Shown here piece by piece: positions 26,385 through 40,090 of a DNA stretch of 64,000 nt. The translations under genes were made by a program, and so were the position numbers. The notes beneath the pieces were generated by a model that was not told the DNA's origin, ran no database searches, and saw only the letters and a list, made by a program, of their open reading frames with translations. Within the stretch, counting starts at the first letter, position 1. Each line of letters begins with the position of its first letter. Source of the DNA: Octopus vulgaris (taxonomy: Eukaryota); contig OX597815.1 in assembly GCA_951406725.2 (NCBI GenBank), forward strand, positions 178,064,001-178,128,000, in the 5' to 3' direction.

Positions 26385-27880
26385 AGCCGAACAATAAAAA
26401 GGACAAAACAGGAGGAAAGAAATTTCATAAATTATAAGTGTAACGCTTAAATGGAAATAGATAACGATTTAACGTTTCGGGTGTTGGACCTTGGTCAAAA
26501 TAAAGAAAGAGACGTATGGGAGAGAAATAATCAAGGAAAAGAACGGCCAAGGACGCAGGATAGAATGCTATTTCAGGCGATGCGAGCGGCTATGAAAAGA
26601 AGTGGCGGTCATCAATAGGGTTCTGTAGAAGTGGGAATAAGGACGGTTTTGTGCGTACGTGTGTGTATGTGTTAATGTGGTGTTTCTATAGCTTGTGAAA
26701 AGGGGTGCAGTGAGGCGGCAGGATAAAGAGGCGGAAGCAATCGAAATATGTGCATTTCGGAAGCAGGTGGAGAAAGTGCTATTCAGAAAACCCGTGGTGT
26801 GAATTTAAGAAAAGGTATGTTTGGCGGGAAAAGATGAGTTCCTATCCCTTCGGAGGCGAGTGTTGGAGGCCAAGGCCTTGAGTTGGAGTGGTGAGAGGAG
26901 ACGAAATATTGAGGGACGTGTGATAAGTTTTCAAATTGTATATTCGTGAAAGATCTGGCATCCTGTCCGTGAGAGGCCGGTTGTTTTGCCCGATGTGTAT
27001 CAAATACCACGCAATATAAATTCATGATTTCTGGCAATTATCTTTCACTTCCAGATAAGATAAAGTAATTGCCGGGTGGCAATTGGGATAACTCCAAATG
27101 AGAAGGGAAGGTAATCTCAACTTTTCAAAACTGACAAGCTATTAAGGACAAGACAGCACGTTTATCTGAAGATTATATGGCAGCTGCAGAGGTTATCGGA
27201 AATTTAGCCGTGTAGGAAAATTCGCCGTAAAAAGATAAACTCGATACAATCCGATGCAAAAAGTACATCATGATGGCAGTATTGCCTGGAAATTTCATAC
27301 GTTTTAAATTACCTCACCCTGGTTCTTTAATGACTGACCTTAATTAAAGACTTGCCTATTTAATGCATTTATTGAACCTCTTTTCGTTTTTATATTTTCT
27401 TATTTTAAAAAGTGCTGATGTAATAAGCATTATTATTGCACTTTCAGTGAATTTGGCTCACGACAAATTTTCCTTTATGGCGAAATTTCTTACAGCGGAT
27501 TTCCCAAAGACAAATTTTTCTCACGACAAAAATGTTTACCGCGAATTTTCCGGACATGGGCTGCTGAGAGATACTGAATGTTTCATCAGATAGACTTCCT
27601 AATGTGGAAGGTCCCAATGTTGGGTTTGGTGAAATTACTGGCGGTCGAAAGGAAAGGCCAGTTGTGACAGTGGAAACAGGAGAAAGGAAATGATCCGCGA
27701 AGGAGCTGGAACATAGAGAATGAGCAGTTGTGATTGAACAAACTGTAGCTTGGCAGCGTATTTAAAGGAAGTAAGTAGTAGGAGCATGAAAAAAACAGAA
27801 GGTTCACGCTAAAGATTAAACGCAGCCGAAAATCCGGATAATAGTGTATAGCAGGGATACGATGGCCAGGTGCTGGAGGG
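26385..27880 (-). mobile_element. Decayed Penelope-like element (GIY-YIG endonuclease remnant plus downstream hammerhead-like repeat), interrupted
   Basis: Minus-strand translation near 27020-26800 gives NLYC..IHIGQNNRPLTDRM..HVPQYFVSSHHS..LIFS, resembling YIGxTxRxLxxRxxEH..PVxxHF. Degenerate hammerhead at 26468-26500. Confidence 0.6.
27190..27558. mobile_element. MITE-like element with about 15-bp subterminal repeats in inverted orientation
   Basis: GGAAAATTCGCCGT-like units on the plus strand at 27198-27230 and on the minus strand at 27450-27555. Confidence 0.55.
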
Positions 27881-28511
27881 GAAAACGAAAGAAAGAAGCA
27901 ATACTGAAAATGTTTTATAGAAATTATGAGTGTTTACATTACGTGATAGAGTCAAAACTGTGTTGCGTGCTGCGTTGTAAACTTCCAAGAACTTTTCTCT
28001 TTGTACTGGAATCTTTCACGATTGTTAATGAGTCGCCTGGTAGCGTTGCTCTTGCTTTACTTGTAGTACCGTCCAGCAACGCTCAGCAGGTCACCAACAC
28101 CATCTCAAACACCACACCATCTCATAACCTCGAGCGTCTCGATATAGATCTGAATCAACAAAGGAAAACGACCCTTATTAATCGTCCAGTGACAACCTGA
28201 TTAGAATCTATGCATTTTTTACTTCACACAGTCAGCTGGCAGAATTTTTCTCACGTCTTTGAATTCACGTTACATATGGCTAATGTCATTCTTCTAACAC
28301 ACGCGAGCGCATTGGTATGATATATGCATGCTTATGCATAATACTTCAATATATGTATTTATGAATGTATGAGTAGATATGCATAAATTTACGTATGTTA
28401 TTCTCTTCTATTTCTAGTTTTCCTGGATAGCGGCCAATGTTTTGTTAGCCCCTTGAATGGTTTTCTCAGTTAAATTGACAAATGTACTTATTTAACGATG
28501 GAATGCATTAG

Positions 28512-28716
28512 CTTGAAATTTTGGCCAACAATTTGGAGGGGAAGGTGAAAGTCGACGATATTGACCCCACTGTTCAACTAGCACCTATTCTATCGAACAC
28601 GAAACGAAGAAAGACAAAATCGACCTCGCTGCAATTTGATCTCACATCGTTAAGTCGAAAGAAATGCTGCTAAACACTTTTTCTGGCGCCGTAACTATCC
28701 TGCCAGATCGCCACTT
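28512..28716 (-). mobile_element. Meta-like SINE, diverged
   Basis: Reverse-complement similarity to 9912-10123. Confidence 0.75.
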
Positions 28717-28819
28717 TAACTATGGCATATATTATATCGTGTCGTGTTGCCGAGTCGTTATGTGATGGAGGAGGCAAAAGTCAATAGACTCAAACATATA
28801 CAGTAAATAGCACAGGTAC

Positions 28820-28889
<70 letters not shown>

Positions 28890-29075
28890 AGAGAAAGAAA
28901 GAGAGAAACAGATAGATAGACACAAAGAATAAGAGACACACAATGGGCTTCTGCACACTCCTCGTTCAGTGTAATCTTTTGAGCTTTAAAAGCACCTGCG
29001 CAAGATACTGCACTTATACATATGTCTGTGTATATGCGTATGCGTTTATATAGATGTATATATGTATACGTGTAC

Positions 29076-29139
<64 letters not shown>

Positions 29140-29689
29140 TATATATATATATATATGTATGTATATGTATGTATACAATTATTACATCATAAAGAGGAAT
29201 CGAGAATACATCATCAAGACTTATTTATTACGGTATTATTCTCAATGGGAATAAACATGTAATACACAAGATTTGAAGATGTAATAATTTTCTATTCTTC
29301 TTTATGATCTCTTGATTACGCACTCTCTAGCTGTATAAAATCCATTGAAACGAACTCGGGATTTATCTTTCAAGTGAAGTACCACGTAATAGTTCATCGT
29401 TGCCAATTCTATATATAAATATGTATATATACATTGGAGCATCTTGCTAGTAGTCGCCTGCTGTGGTTTAGTGCTGTGTACTCTGGTGTATAGCATTCTG
29501 AATTTGATGCGACGACCAGGAAAGCTAAAGAGAGCAGAGCTGTCCGGAGAGCAAACCTCTCACCAGACACTGATTCTACTATTAACTGTCGCTGACTTAA
29601 CCGTGGATTTCATGCGAAACGTTGCCTATGAAGCGAGCTCCTGACCAACAAAGTGTAAAGCTGATCACCCAGTCGTCTTCATTTGAAAC

Positions 29690-30100
29690 TGTTACATAGA
29701 AATTTTTACTGCAAGTCTGAATGTGGAATAGAAACTCTGTCAGAGAGAAAATATTTGATTTGGAACTGCGGAAGTATGACAACGATTAATACAAGAAGAC
29801 TATGCTAAGAATTATTTGAAGCAAAGTACAAGATTGAATGGCAGAAGAATCCGAAGCCAAGCTTGAGATTGAAGGAATAACAGTATTTGCAAACACGAAA
29901 AATAAGATACCCGAAAGTCTAATATTTGAAAGATTACTCTATGAAAATTCAGAGGAAATTAATGTGTAAACATTGAAAATTAGCTTTGATTACATAAAAA
30001 TTGAATCCAGATTTGATTGCAAAGAAACAAAGAAAACAATTTTTAAAGGGTGGAGATTTTTAAAGGGTGGTGAGCGAGGGAACCGGGTTGGAGGCACAGC
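29690..30100 (+). mobile_element. Decayed LINE APE-domain remnant
   Basis: IFTASLNV, ELRKYD, IQE and LEIEGITVF resemble APE N-terminal motifs. Confidence 0.35.
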
Positions 30101-30678
30101 ACGCGTCAAGATTATTTACAAGTGGTAGGCTTCAAAATCTTTTCGCTGAAGTATATGAAGATAAGAAGTGAAAAGATTTAATGCAATTATTAATTTGAAG
30201 TATGAGAAGTACAAGCATTCGAATTAAGGGTCACCGACAATAGTTTTCAAGAAAAATTGCTCAGAGCGACTGAATATCATTTTCCTCTCTTTTATTACTA
30301 ATATTTATTTTTTATCAGAGCATTATTCCTTAGGTGGAAAATTCAATAATAACAGCCACAAAGCTAAAATAATATTAACTAAACGAGGAGACATAAAAGT
30401 ATATCCTTATAATTTAATGAACAATCCAGAGAATCCTAATTCCAAAGACTTCAAAGAAAATGTTACATCTTACAACTTGTAATTTTCCTTTCTATCACTG
30501 AGAGTTCATCTATCTAATGCTTCAGGCTCTCTGTCTTTTTCTCTTTTTCTTTTCTTTTTTTTCTTTTTCGCGCTCATCTCTTCATGCTTGAGAAAGGTAC
30601 TTCCTATTGAAGGAGAATCGCGGCAACTTTTCCATGCTTGGCTAGTTCACTTAGAAATGGACACTGTTACTTTTGACG

Positions 30679-30725
<47 letters not shown>

Positions 30726-30839
30726 GTACATATTTAGATAGATAAATAGACAGATATATGTATATTAGTATATATCTACACACACATACACAGTCATACG
30801 CACGTCTGCACACACAGATTTGTATATATGTATATATAT

Positions 30840-31024
30840 AATGTGAGGTATATTTGCCATTTCAAGATGGCTAACCACTAAGGGTGGGTGCTACTGTAGC
30901 TTGTAGCCCCAGGAGAAAGTGTGCCTATAGCCAGCTGGAGACGATGCTCTCCTGGGGCTACAAGCTACAGTAACACCCACCCTTAGTGGTTAGCCATATT
31001 GAGATGGCAAATATACCTCACATT
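30840..31024. repeat. Near-perfect inverted repeat (77-bp arms, 31-nt spacer)
   Basis: 30840-30916 vs 30948-31024, 3 mismatches by eye. Confidence 0.95.
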
Positions 31025-31115
31025 GTCGTGCAGTTACTCTTTATACCTCGTTCAGAGATTTATTATTGGTTATATATATATATTATATATATACATACAT
31101 ACATACATACATACA

Positions 31116-31148
<33 letters not shown>

Positions 31149-32717
31149 TCATATATACATACATACATACATACATACTGAAATTGAAACTGATTGAGTA
31201 AAACTGCAACACCTCCACCAATAAAATCTATTACGTATTACAAACGCTCTGCAGTATAATATCAAACATATTTGTATATATATATACATACATACATACA
31301 TACATACATACATACATACATAATGTAACAAACGAAGGAAAAAAGTTTCCTTGAATGGGGTGTAAAACATCCAATTCACTAATACGTCAGTTGAATACCA
31401 TAGAAATAGGGATATAAATACAAAATACAAACAATAAGTAGAGAAATACTATTGACAATTTATTTATAAATATATAAAATTTTACCTACAATTTTTTCCT
31501 CTGATTTGTTCAAGAAATTGTTTGTGTAAGTATGAATAACTAGATTACAACAATTATTATATACAGTTATATAATTCGAATAATTGTAAATATATGTATT
31601 AATAGTGATACAAAATAACATTAATAATTTTGATAATTGTTTTAATAATATTGTGTGCTTCATAGCTTGTATTCTTATTGCAAGAATTCAATTTCGTTAC
31701 TTCTGAAAGACTTAGTGAAATTTTCTAGTTTATCATCGCTTTATCTAAGAAATAATATAGGTGATATTTATCGTAGATCTATAATTTATGTTTATGGTTT
31801 TGTTTATTTACATTTACGGACTTCTCCCTTCGACAATTTACGTAAATAGGGACCTTTACTCCTAACAAAAGCTGAAATGTAGAAGGCACACCTTCTCCAA
31901 ATACAAGAATAAAAAAGACGATAAGAATTTGCAAATACGGCCTTGAGTCGTTTTAATCTTTTCACTGCATACAAATTACAGAATTTGTATATTTGTATAC
32001 AGTTTCTGTGCGTTGGTATTCATTGACATAAGAGGTGTTTATGGTTGACCGTTACATCACTTGGAATCGCAGCAGGAAGAAAATACGTCTAATCAACTTT
32101 GGTTGCGTCGTCCAAAACCTACAGATTTAATTCTCCCACAATGCAACACCAGGACGTGCGCCATCCAGTGGCCAACGGCTGAGACAACTGGTTTCAAGGG
32201 AGGTACCCCCTTTATTTCTTAGTTATTCTTAATTTAGTTACTTCTGAAAGACTTAATAAAATTTCAATATTTAATATTTATATTTATGGATTTTTTATGT
32301 CTTTCTCTAAGTAACAATATAGGTTATAATTATCGTACATCTAAGATTCTGTTTAATTTACTTCATTTACCGGGTTCCCCACGTCGTTAAAATAATTAAA
32401 TAAAGGACATCATTTGTTAGTTACTTATGATAATATTCATATCAGTAACTTTAAATAAATGAGAAATGTTATTACATTTTATCATTATATAAATATAATA
32501 CAATATTATCATTAGATATTATTTATATGTATGTTTTCTTTGAGTAATTATAGATATTTCAAGTGTATTGCATATGAATAAACAGTTAGTTGACAAACTC
32601 GAAATATGTTTATTCGAACATGCAGAGGCATATTTATAGAATAAATATTGATTTACACGATTTATTAACGTCTCTTAAACTAAGTAGGCCTCTGATACTT
32701 CATTTATTTATATATTG

Positions 32718-32785
<68 letters not shown>

Positions 32786-33304
32786 AATAGCCTGGAGTTG
32801 CTTTCCACTTCAATCAGTTTGAATTGAGATATTATTGGAGATATATAGAAATAATTTGAAAGTTGTAAAATTTCTTTACTTAATTATTTTGTCCGTTATT
32901 TTTCTTCTTTTATGGTACTTGTTACGTATTTGAATTGTTAACGCTCACGCTCCTAATCACTGGTATTTTGAATCAGTATTTTGCAATCTGGCCGTCCTTT
33001 TACATGGAATGTCGTCTGTCATTTGAACCAAAACCCTGAAAAGACTTAGACATACATAGATATGAAATGTTTATAAATCAAATTATATATATAAGTCAAA
33101 ATATTGCTTTAATAGTTTTTTGTGTTGTCTTACCTTATATTATATTTATATTATATTATATTATATTATATTATATTATATTATATTATATTATATTATA
33201 TTATAATATAAATAGTTAGATTCCCCTATCTATTGTTTATATATATATGTGTGTGTTTGTGTGTGTGTATAAATTACTTACTTTTTTTCTTTAATTTCTT
33301 TAAA

Positions 33305-33575
33305 GTGTTTCAGCTTTAAAGCTGCAGGAAAGCTAGGGTACCACAGTTGGCTGTGCTGCACCATTATTTGAAACGCCCTTTGATATGTGGCATCTGTTGA
33401 GTGAGGGAGATTGAGGTTGCTGCCTTCATCTGTGTTTCCTGCCCTGAGATAGGCTCAACTGCAACCCTTAACAGGTGGAGATCCATTTTTGTTTTGGAGC
33501 TGTCTACATCCACATCAGGCACTTTGGAAGGATATTGAAGAGCTGTGGATATTATCTTGCCCTCTATTTTGAAGG
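33305..33575 (-). mobile_element. CR1/L2-type LINE 3' end fragment
   Basis: PQLFNILPK then DVDVDSSKTKMDLHL..VEP...AATSISL. Ends ...GCTGAAAC. Confidence 0.6.
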
Positions 33576-33990
33576 CCCTACACGCACACATAAACATTCA
33601 TATATATATATATATAATTATGCCAACGACCTATGATCCCCGGTTTATACCAGTATTAGTTTTGGATTGTTGGATATGGGCATTTAAATTATTTATGAAT
33701 GAGAAAAAGAAGAAAATAGGGAAATTCATATATAGACATGTTTATTCCAAGATATTAAAATCAATATAATATAAAATCCTCATCCCTACATCCGTTTCCA
33801 TAGCGAATTAATTGAATTAGAGAGATTAAATTAAATTAAATTAATTAAAAAATTTCAGATTGAAACCGATTAAGTAAAACTGCAACACCCCCACCCACAA
33901 CAACTATTACGTATTACAAACGCTCTGCAGTACAATATCAAACATATTTGTTTATATACATATATATATGTATGTATGTATGTATATATG

Positions 33991-34046
<56 letters not shown>

Positions 34047-34063
34047 CGCGTGTGTGTGTGTGT

Positions 34064-34453
34064 GTTGTTGTTGTTGTTGTTGGCATCTTTTTGTCTCGGG
34101 AGACAACGGAGTTGCGCATAAAATAATTTTTACGCAGTCCTGGGCTAGATATAAGAAAGTCCTGGGTAGCCCAATCATCATGATTCTTCTCTCGACCTTG
34201 CTAACGTAGTCAAAAAGAGTGCAGAGCATTACGTTTGGCACCAGCTTGGGTGCAGGAGATGCCGGAAAAATGTCGAGTCGAACACTAAACCGCCTACTGG
34301 GCTACACTCTGGATTTCTTACAAGGTTGTCTGTTTTCTGTAATCCTGGATAGGGGCCCATACCGGGTACTGTTAGCCGGAGCCAGCTGAGCCCGGGACTC
34401 GTGTCAGGCAGAGTCGTCACTAGCTGAAGTACTGAAGAAAATCACTACGCAAT
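34064..34453 (-). mobile_element. Short non-autonomous RTE-dependent element
   Basis: About 390 bp, non-coding. 3' end GCGCAACTCCGTTGTCTCCCGAGACAAAAAGATGCC+(AAC)n is homologous to the RTE 3' end at 58889-58925. Confidence 0.7.
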
Positions 34454-34454
34454 A

Positions 34455-34497
<43 letters not shown>

Positions 34498-34779
34498 TAA
34501 TAGCATCTATCTTTTTAAATGCATACATTGCCAATACGCACACATCTGAATCTGTCAAGAATCAACCAACACGATGGAATGTAACTTTGTTTTCGGAGAA
34601 CAGTCTCCTGATGAAATATCCGATTAACCAGTTTCAATATGAATTAATTTAATTTAATTTCCCTAATTGAATAAATTACTTATGGAAACAGCTGTAGGAT
34701 AAGTATTTCATATTTTATTAATTTGAATATCTTAGAATAAACTGACGTCTATGTGTCAATTTCTGCATTTTCCTCTTTT

Positions 34780-34833
<54 letters not shown>

Positions 34834-35644
34834 TCATGGATTTTTGATTTCTACAAGGAAAGCTTTCGTAGAATTCAACGAATAGGGAATAGTAGAATAG
34901 AGTAGGTCACGGACCTGCAGATATAGTCAATTCAAGACAATCCATTTCGTCTTGTATCTACTTTTCGTACAAATATTACAAGCTTACTAAAAGTAAGTTC
35001 CTAATACTTTGGCCCTCATTTCTTTCAGTGAAACTCACTCTATGTCTTCCGTCTAAATTAAATGCGCAGTGAAAGACATTTCTTTCATGCATTATATTTT
35101 CTGTTTTTGCAATGTTTCCACATTTCTTGAGAAACACTAACGTTGCTTCTATTTAAGTATTTAGAGAATTCACTGTAAAAAATATCTCAGTCGTTAGTAA
35201 GTTACTTCGTTTTTACTATTCATATAATTGTTTATGTATGTAACAGATGTATACTTCCATATTGCTATGACGGTTAAATATGTAGCAGAGCTCTCCGTTG
35301 TGAGAAACATTGTATCTGCTGTCAACTATATGACTAATAGTTTGCACAGCAGTATCTCGTCCTTTTCTACATATTGAATATCCATCAACATTTTAGTTGG
35401 GCTCTTCTAATTCAATTTGGATACTTCCATTACACATATTATTGCTCATGCGTAAGTGCATTTGGTTTTCAACGAAAACGTGAGTCACGGATTTCTGAAA
35501 GAGTTTTCGGATCGTTTGCCCCGTCCATGGTACAGTATCCGTGACAACTACTTTGTCTGAATATTTGGTTCATTAAATCTATCTTCTTCGCCCATTCTCA
35601 TCACAATATAATTATCTTCCAATCCTTGTTTCGGAAAATTTAGT

Positions 35645-35968
35645 GAAGGCGTGCGGGATTATAGCTTGGGTATTCGGCTCTTAGTCGTAAAAGGTCCTGA
35701 GTTCGATTGCTGGAGATGCGATTTGTCCGTGAGCAAGGCATTTTATTTTCATGTTGCTCCAGTTCATGTAGCCGGTAAAAATGAACAGTACCTGTAATTC
35801 AACGGGCCGGTATAATCACCCTTCATGTCACGCTGGATCTCCCTGACAATTAAGTTATGGGTACGCGTTTCTGCTGAGTGCTCAGCCACTTGCACGTTAA
35901 TTTCACGAGTAGGCTGTTCCGTCGATCGCACCAACTGGAACCCTCATCATCGTAACCGACGGAGGACC
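35645..35968 (+). mobile_element. tRNA-derived SINE (CORE-like body, tail 2)
   Basis: Homologous to the reverse complement of 18809-19139. Confidence 0.85.
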
Positions 35969-37559
35969 AGTATCTGGAAACAAAGATAACACATGCTTTA
36001 ACACTTTTAATGTATTATTCTCCAAGATTCTTGCAAACATTCTTGTCATTTTATCACAATAATATTAAGCTGATCCATCTAAAGGGAATTATCATTTCTG
36101 AAATTACATCCAAAGACGGATTGCATGTTAAATATATATCAAGGAAATATATCAGGCTTTCCTCTAGTTTCTTCATTACGAGAATAATCACGAAAATCAC
36201 GTCCAAAGTCACATTAAGCTTCACATTCCTGAATATTGCCAGTTCATTCATGGTTGAAGATACAGAAGACAGAGTCCACAATACAGAAGAGGGGTCCGAT
36301 GAAGGTAGTGGCATTGAAAAGAAAAGGGTGTGTGAGGAAGTGGATGCTCTAGCAGGGGAGGGATTCTACCTGGGAAATGAGAGACAGGGGAATAAGAAAT
36401 GTAGACAAATAGCATATCATTAGGTTTAACTGCTATATGCAAATTTCTAGGCATACACTAAACAATCAGAGGTGGGTGTCATTATACGAATATTAAAATT
36501 TGAGAAAATTATTAATAACCTTGATACTCTTTAGCGTGAATCCTCTCAAAAACTTAAATACAAGCTGTAATGTAGTTCCTGAAAATATTACTGCTCCCGC
36601 TCATATTCCTTGAAGATTCTTGCGACGACAAAATATATGTATGCTCGACAGGAGTTGCCATATCACCAGCAACATTATCAAGACAATATGGAAACCTCTA
36701 AGGTTGTTCCTACAAAGACACTCTTGCTGATTTCACACATAACTGAAGTTATTTGCCTAAAGTTATTTGCATAGTGAAATTCTTTAGTAGAAAAGTGAAT
36801 TTTATTCTAATGTTAGGCAACATTGTTTTACAAAATCACAATACTGGGCGAATCTAAAGTTGCAAACCAGCTCAGTTTTATTGTTCAATATCAGGGGACG
36901 GTCCTGGTTTACCAGAGGGACAGGATGAATACGTAAATCACTATTTCGGAATAAGAACTCACTGTTTACAAATATATGACAGGAATTTCTATATTATGAG
37001 AGTAAACACGAAAACTAAGGGTCGCCCTCAATATTCTTAAAAATTATTGCAAATTCATTCACATTTAGAAGGGTATAATATCATTGGTTGTTATGTTGCT
37101 CTCCCTTGAAAACTGTATTGTTTAATGAGGTTAGACTAGTATTTTAGTTACTCGTTTTCCATCTTCAAATATTTTCATGTGAAAATATAAACAATAATTG
37201 CCAAACTGATGGCTACTTCTCAAGAAGTCATAATTTCAAACACGTCTAGTCATTCTGACTAACGAATTTGGAATCAGTGATTATTTTCGAATCAACACCG
37301 TACAAATGGAAATACCTTCGAAATCGCCACCAATAAGATAAATATTTCCGGTAATTTTATGCACCTGGCCACAAACGCAAAAACAATACAATTCATATCC
37401 TGTGATGTTATTATGCGAGGTCCCATTTTAACCAAGGGATTGACGATTTAATGTTGTCTTTGTATTATAATTAGGATATCAAGAATTGCATTAATTTACA
37501 AAGATACGGATTAGATCGTTTCGTTTTAGTTTACATTTGTGAGAGAAATTTCAGGATTT

Positions 37560-38100
37560 GCCAACCCGTACCTCTCGGTTTCAATTTCTCCATTCTGTCC
37601 ATCCAATCTCTACACCGACTGCAATCCATCCATCTTGCCTCCCAGTTCTTACTTCCATCAATCTTTCATAATGTGAAAGTCGCCCGAAACCTACGCTATC
37701 TCCTTGTCTACATTTTGTCGCCCCTCACTCATCGTTCCTCTTCTGGATTTATCTGCCTAGGGTCTCACTTCCACAACTTTCTCTTTAATATATTCAATCT
37801 TCCTCACTGAATCCATTCTTCGTATCTTCTACATTAGGATACATTCTGTTGTACCTCCACCGACGTTTCGTACGCTCACCAGCATTCTTCTGCGATTCAA
37901 AGTACTTTGAATGAAATGTCTGCTGGTTACCTGACAGTTTCGCGCAGCACCTCCCACCAACAGGCATTCAACTGCTGGTTGTTCTACATTTTCCCTTCTC
38001 CGACCACACCATTAAACACACCTTTTCGTCTTCATTTGTCCTGCAACGCCTCTTCTCTCCCCCAATCTAATAAATCTGTATTTCTATCACCGCCACCTAC
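37560..38100 (+). mobile_element. Decayed Penelope-like RT/GIY-YIG remnant
   Basis: FCCTST and LPDSFAQHL resemble PLE endonuclease motifs. A degenerate hammerhead lies downstream at 38957-38985. Confidence 0.4.
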
Positions 38101-38416
38101 AGTTTGCTCCAGAAGTACTGATGTGTGCCTCTCTGATATCTTCTCTTGCCCCCCCCACCGCAGTCCAATGCCTAGCCAAACTCCTCATCATGTCCTTCTC
38201 CATCCATATTTGCCTCTCACCAACCCCAAACTACTACACACCTTACACACACACACACACACACACACTATTTATGCTCCCCACTCCCATGCGCACTGAC
38301 AAAAAAGTCTCTTACACACGCACATATACATACATGCTAATAGTACACCTTTCCACACCACCATTCATCTACCACTTTGTCACTGCGACGCACAAACACG
38401 CATATTTACTGTTTGG

Positions 38417-38451
<35 letters not shown>

Positions 38452-40051
38452 ACGCGCACGCACACACACACACACACACACACATATTCATTCTTTGGCA
38501 AAAATGCTTTTGATTCGCACATAGAAACTCCTCTTATTCTTACCTTTTCCCACTCCATGCCTCTGGTGTTGAATCAAATCCACTTTCGGTCGCTTCCCAA
38601 TCTCTAAATAGAAATAAAGAAACCAACGTGTCCTACACTCCTTCATCTATCACTAAAGTTTACACACATGAATTAACACAAACCGTTCTTACTTCCCTGC
38701 ATCTAGTCTCTTTCACCCTCTTCTTTTATTTTTATCCTCTTCTCAGATTCTTACAATCATCCCCGCCTTTTACCCCAATCTTCATCTTTTACAATCTTGA
38801 ATTTTTCTTTTCTAAAAAGATTTTTTAATCCTTCACTCATTCTTTTACTGCTTCACACACCCCAAAATGTTTTTCCCTCACTGTCACTACTTGGAAGTGT
38901 ATTTCTGTATATATTTATCACATCTAATTCTTACTAATTCAACTGAATATGATTCACTGATAAAATCTGACAAGATCGAAACGTGCTGCTTTCATCAGTT
39001 ACATGCTATATCAATCTCTAACTTAATTTTCTTTGTTTTTGAAAGCGTTTGGTTATATCATATCACAGGAATTATATCTTTTGATTATCTGTGTGTTTAT
39101 TTAGTATATAGAATGTGCACCTGAGTTATCCTCTCTCAGTCTTTTCCGTGCTATTTTTAGTAGCTTGGTTAAGTAAAACGACTATAAAAACAGATCGCAT
39201 TTGTACTTATACACGGCATGGTTACAGACATCTTTCGATCAGAGCGATAGTGGCAGCAATAGTTATAGAGACGACAAATACGACGGAGATAATACTGATG
39301 ATTAGAAGATAACATATATTTCTTTAATTTTCACATTGATATATCACAATACACGTATGAAACTTTAGGCAATTGACAGGTGTATAGAATCTTATGGGGG
39401 GAAACGGTGACAGGTGAGAGGAGAGAAAAGACTATGAAAATCATTTAATTCTAGCAAGGTTTGTATTGGAAATTGCTATTGTGGACGTTGCGCCAGACAC
39501 GCTGCAAGATAATCACTATAAGAGACACACAGCACATAGAAAGAGTAGAAAGAAGTATTGTAAAAATAAAACCTTTATAAAATTATGTGTAAATTTTATT
39601 CCGTCTTTCCATTGCAATTTGCAACTAAGCAGTCTGTTTTCCTCCTCTGTTGCGCTATTGAATCTTTAAAGTGGTGGAAACATAGCAATTATATACAAAA
39701 TAATCGATTTTTCTCATACAAAATATTGATAATGCTGTGTAGAAGGCGTCAACAAAGTAGAAAACAAAACATAGAAATTTTGATTTAAATATTGTTTAAT
39801 TTGTTGTCTTAATGCAGTTATTGTTGTAGCTGTAATATTGTTTGTTTGGTTTTTTTTTATTCATTTGTTTCTGTACTTTTTGCTGTATGTATTTTTGTGT
39901 TTGATTTTATGTTTAACAATTCATTACCAACGCTTATTTTCACGAGAGTTAATTTATTAACTATGTCTATGGTTGGCTTTTATCTCATTTATTAGTTATA
40001 TCTAATTGTTAACGTTCACGTACACAACAACACTCTCTCTCTCACTGCCTC

Positions 40052-40090
<39 letters not shown>

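Noticed and set aside
34595-34650. CTGATGA at 34608 as a hammerhead
   Set aside because: The flanking hairpin consumes the core C, and no GAAA/stem III geometry fits.
35200-35600. piggyBac-like motifs (YMTN, SERV, DNYF)
   Set aside because: Too degenerate to support without an alignment.
36010-36423. 137-aa ORF with an acidic segment
   Set aside because: No recognisable domain; it lies among decayed transposon-like DNA.
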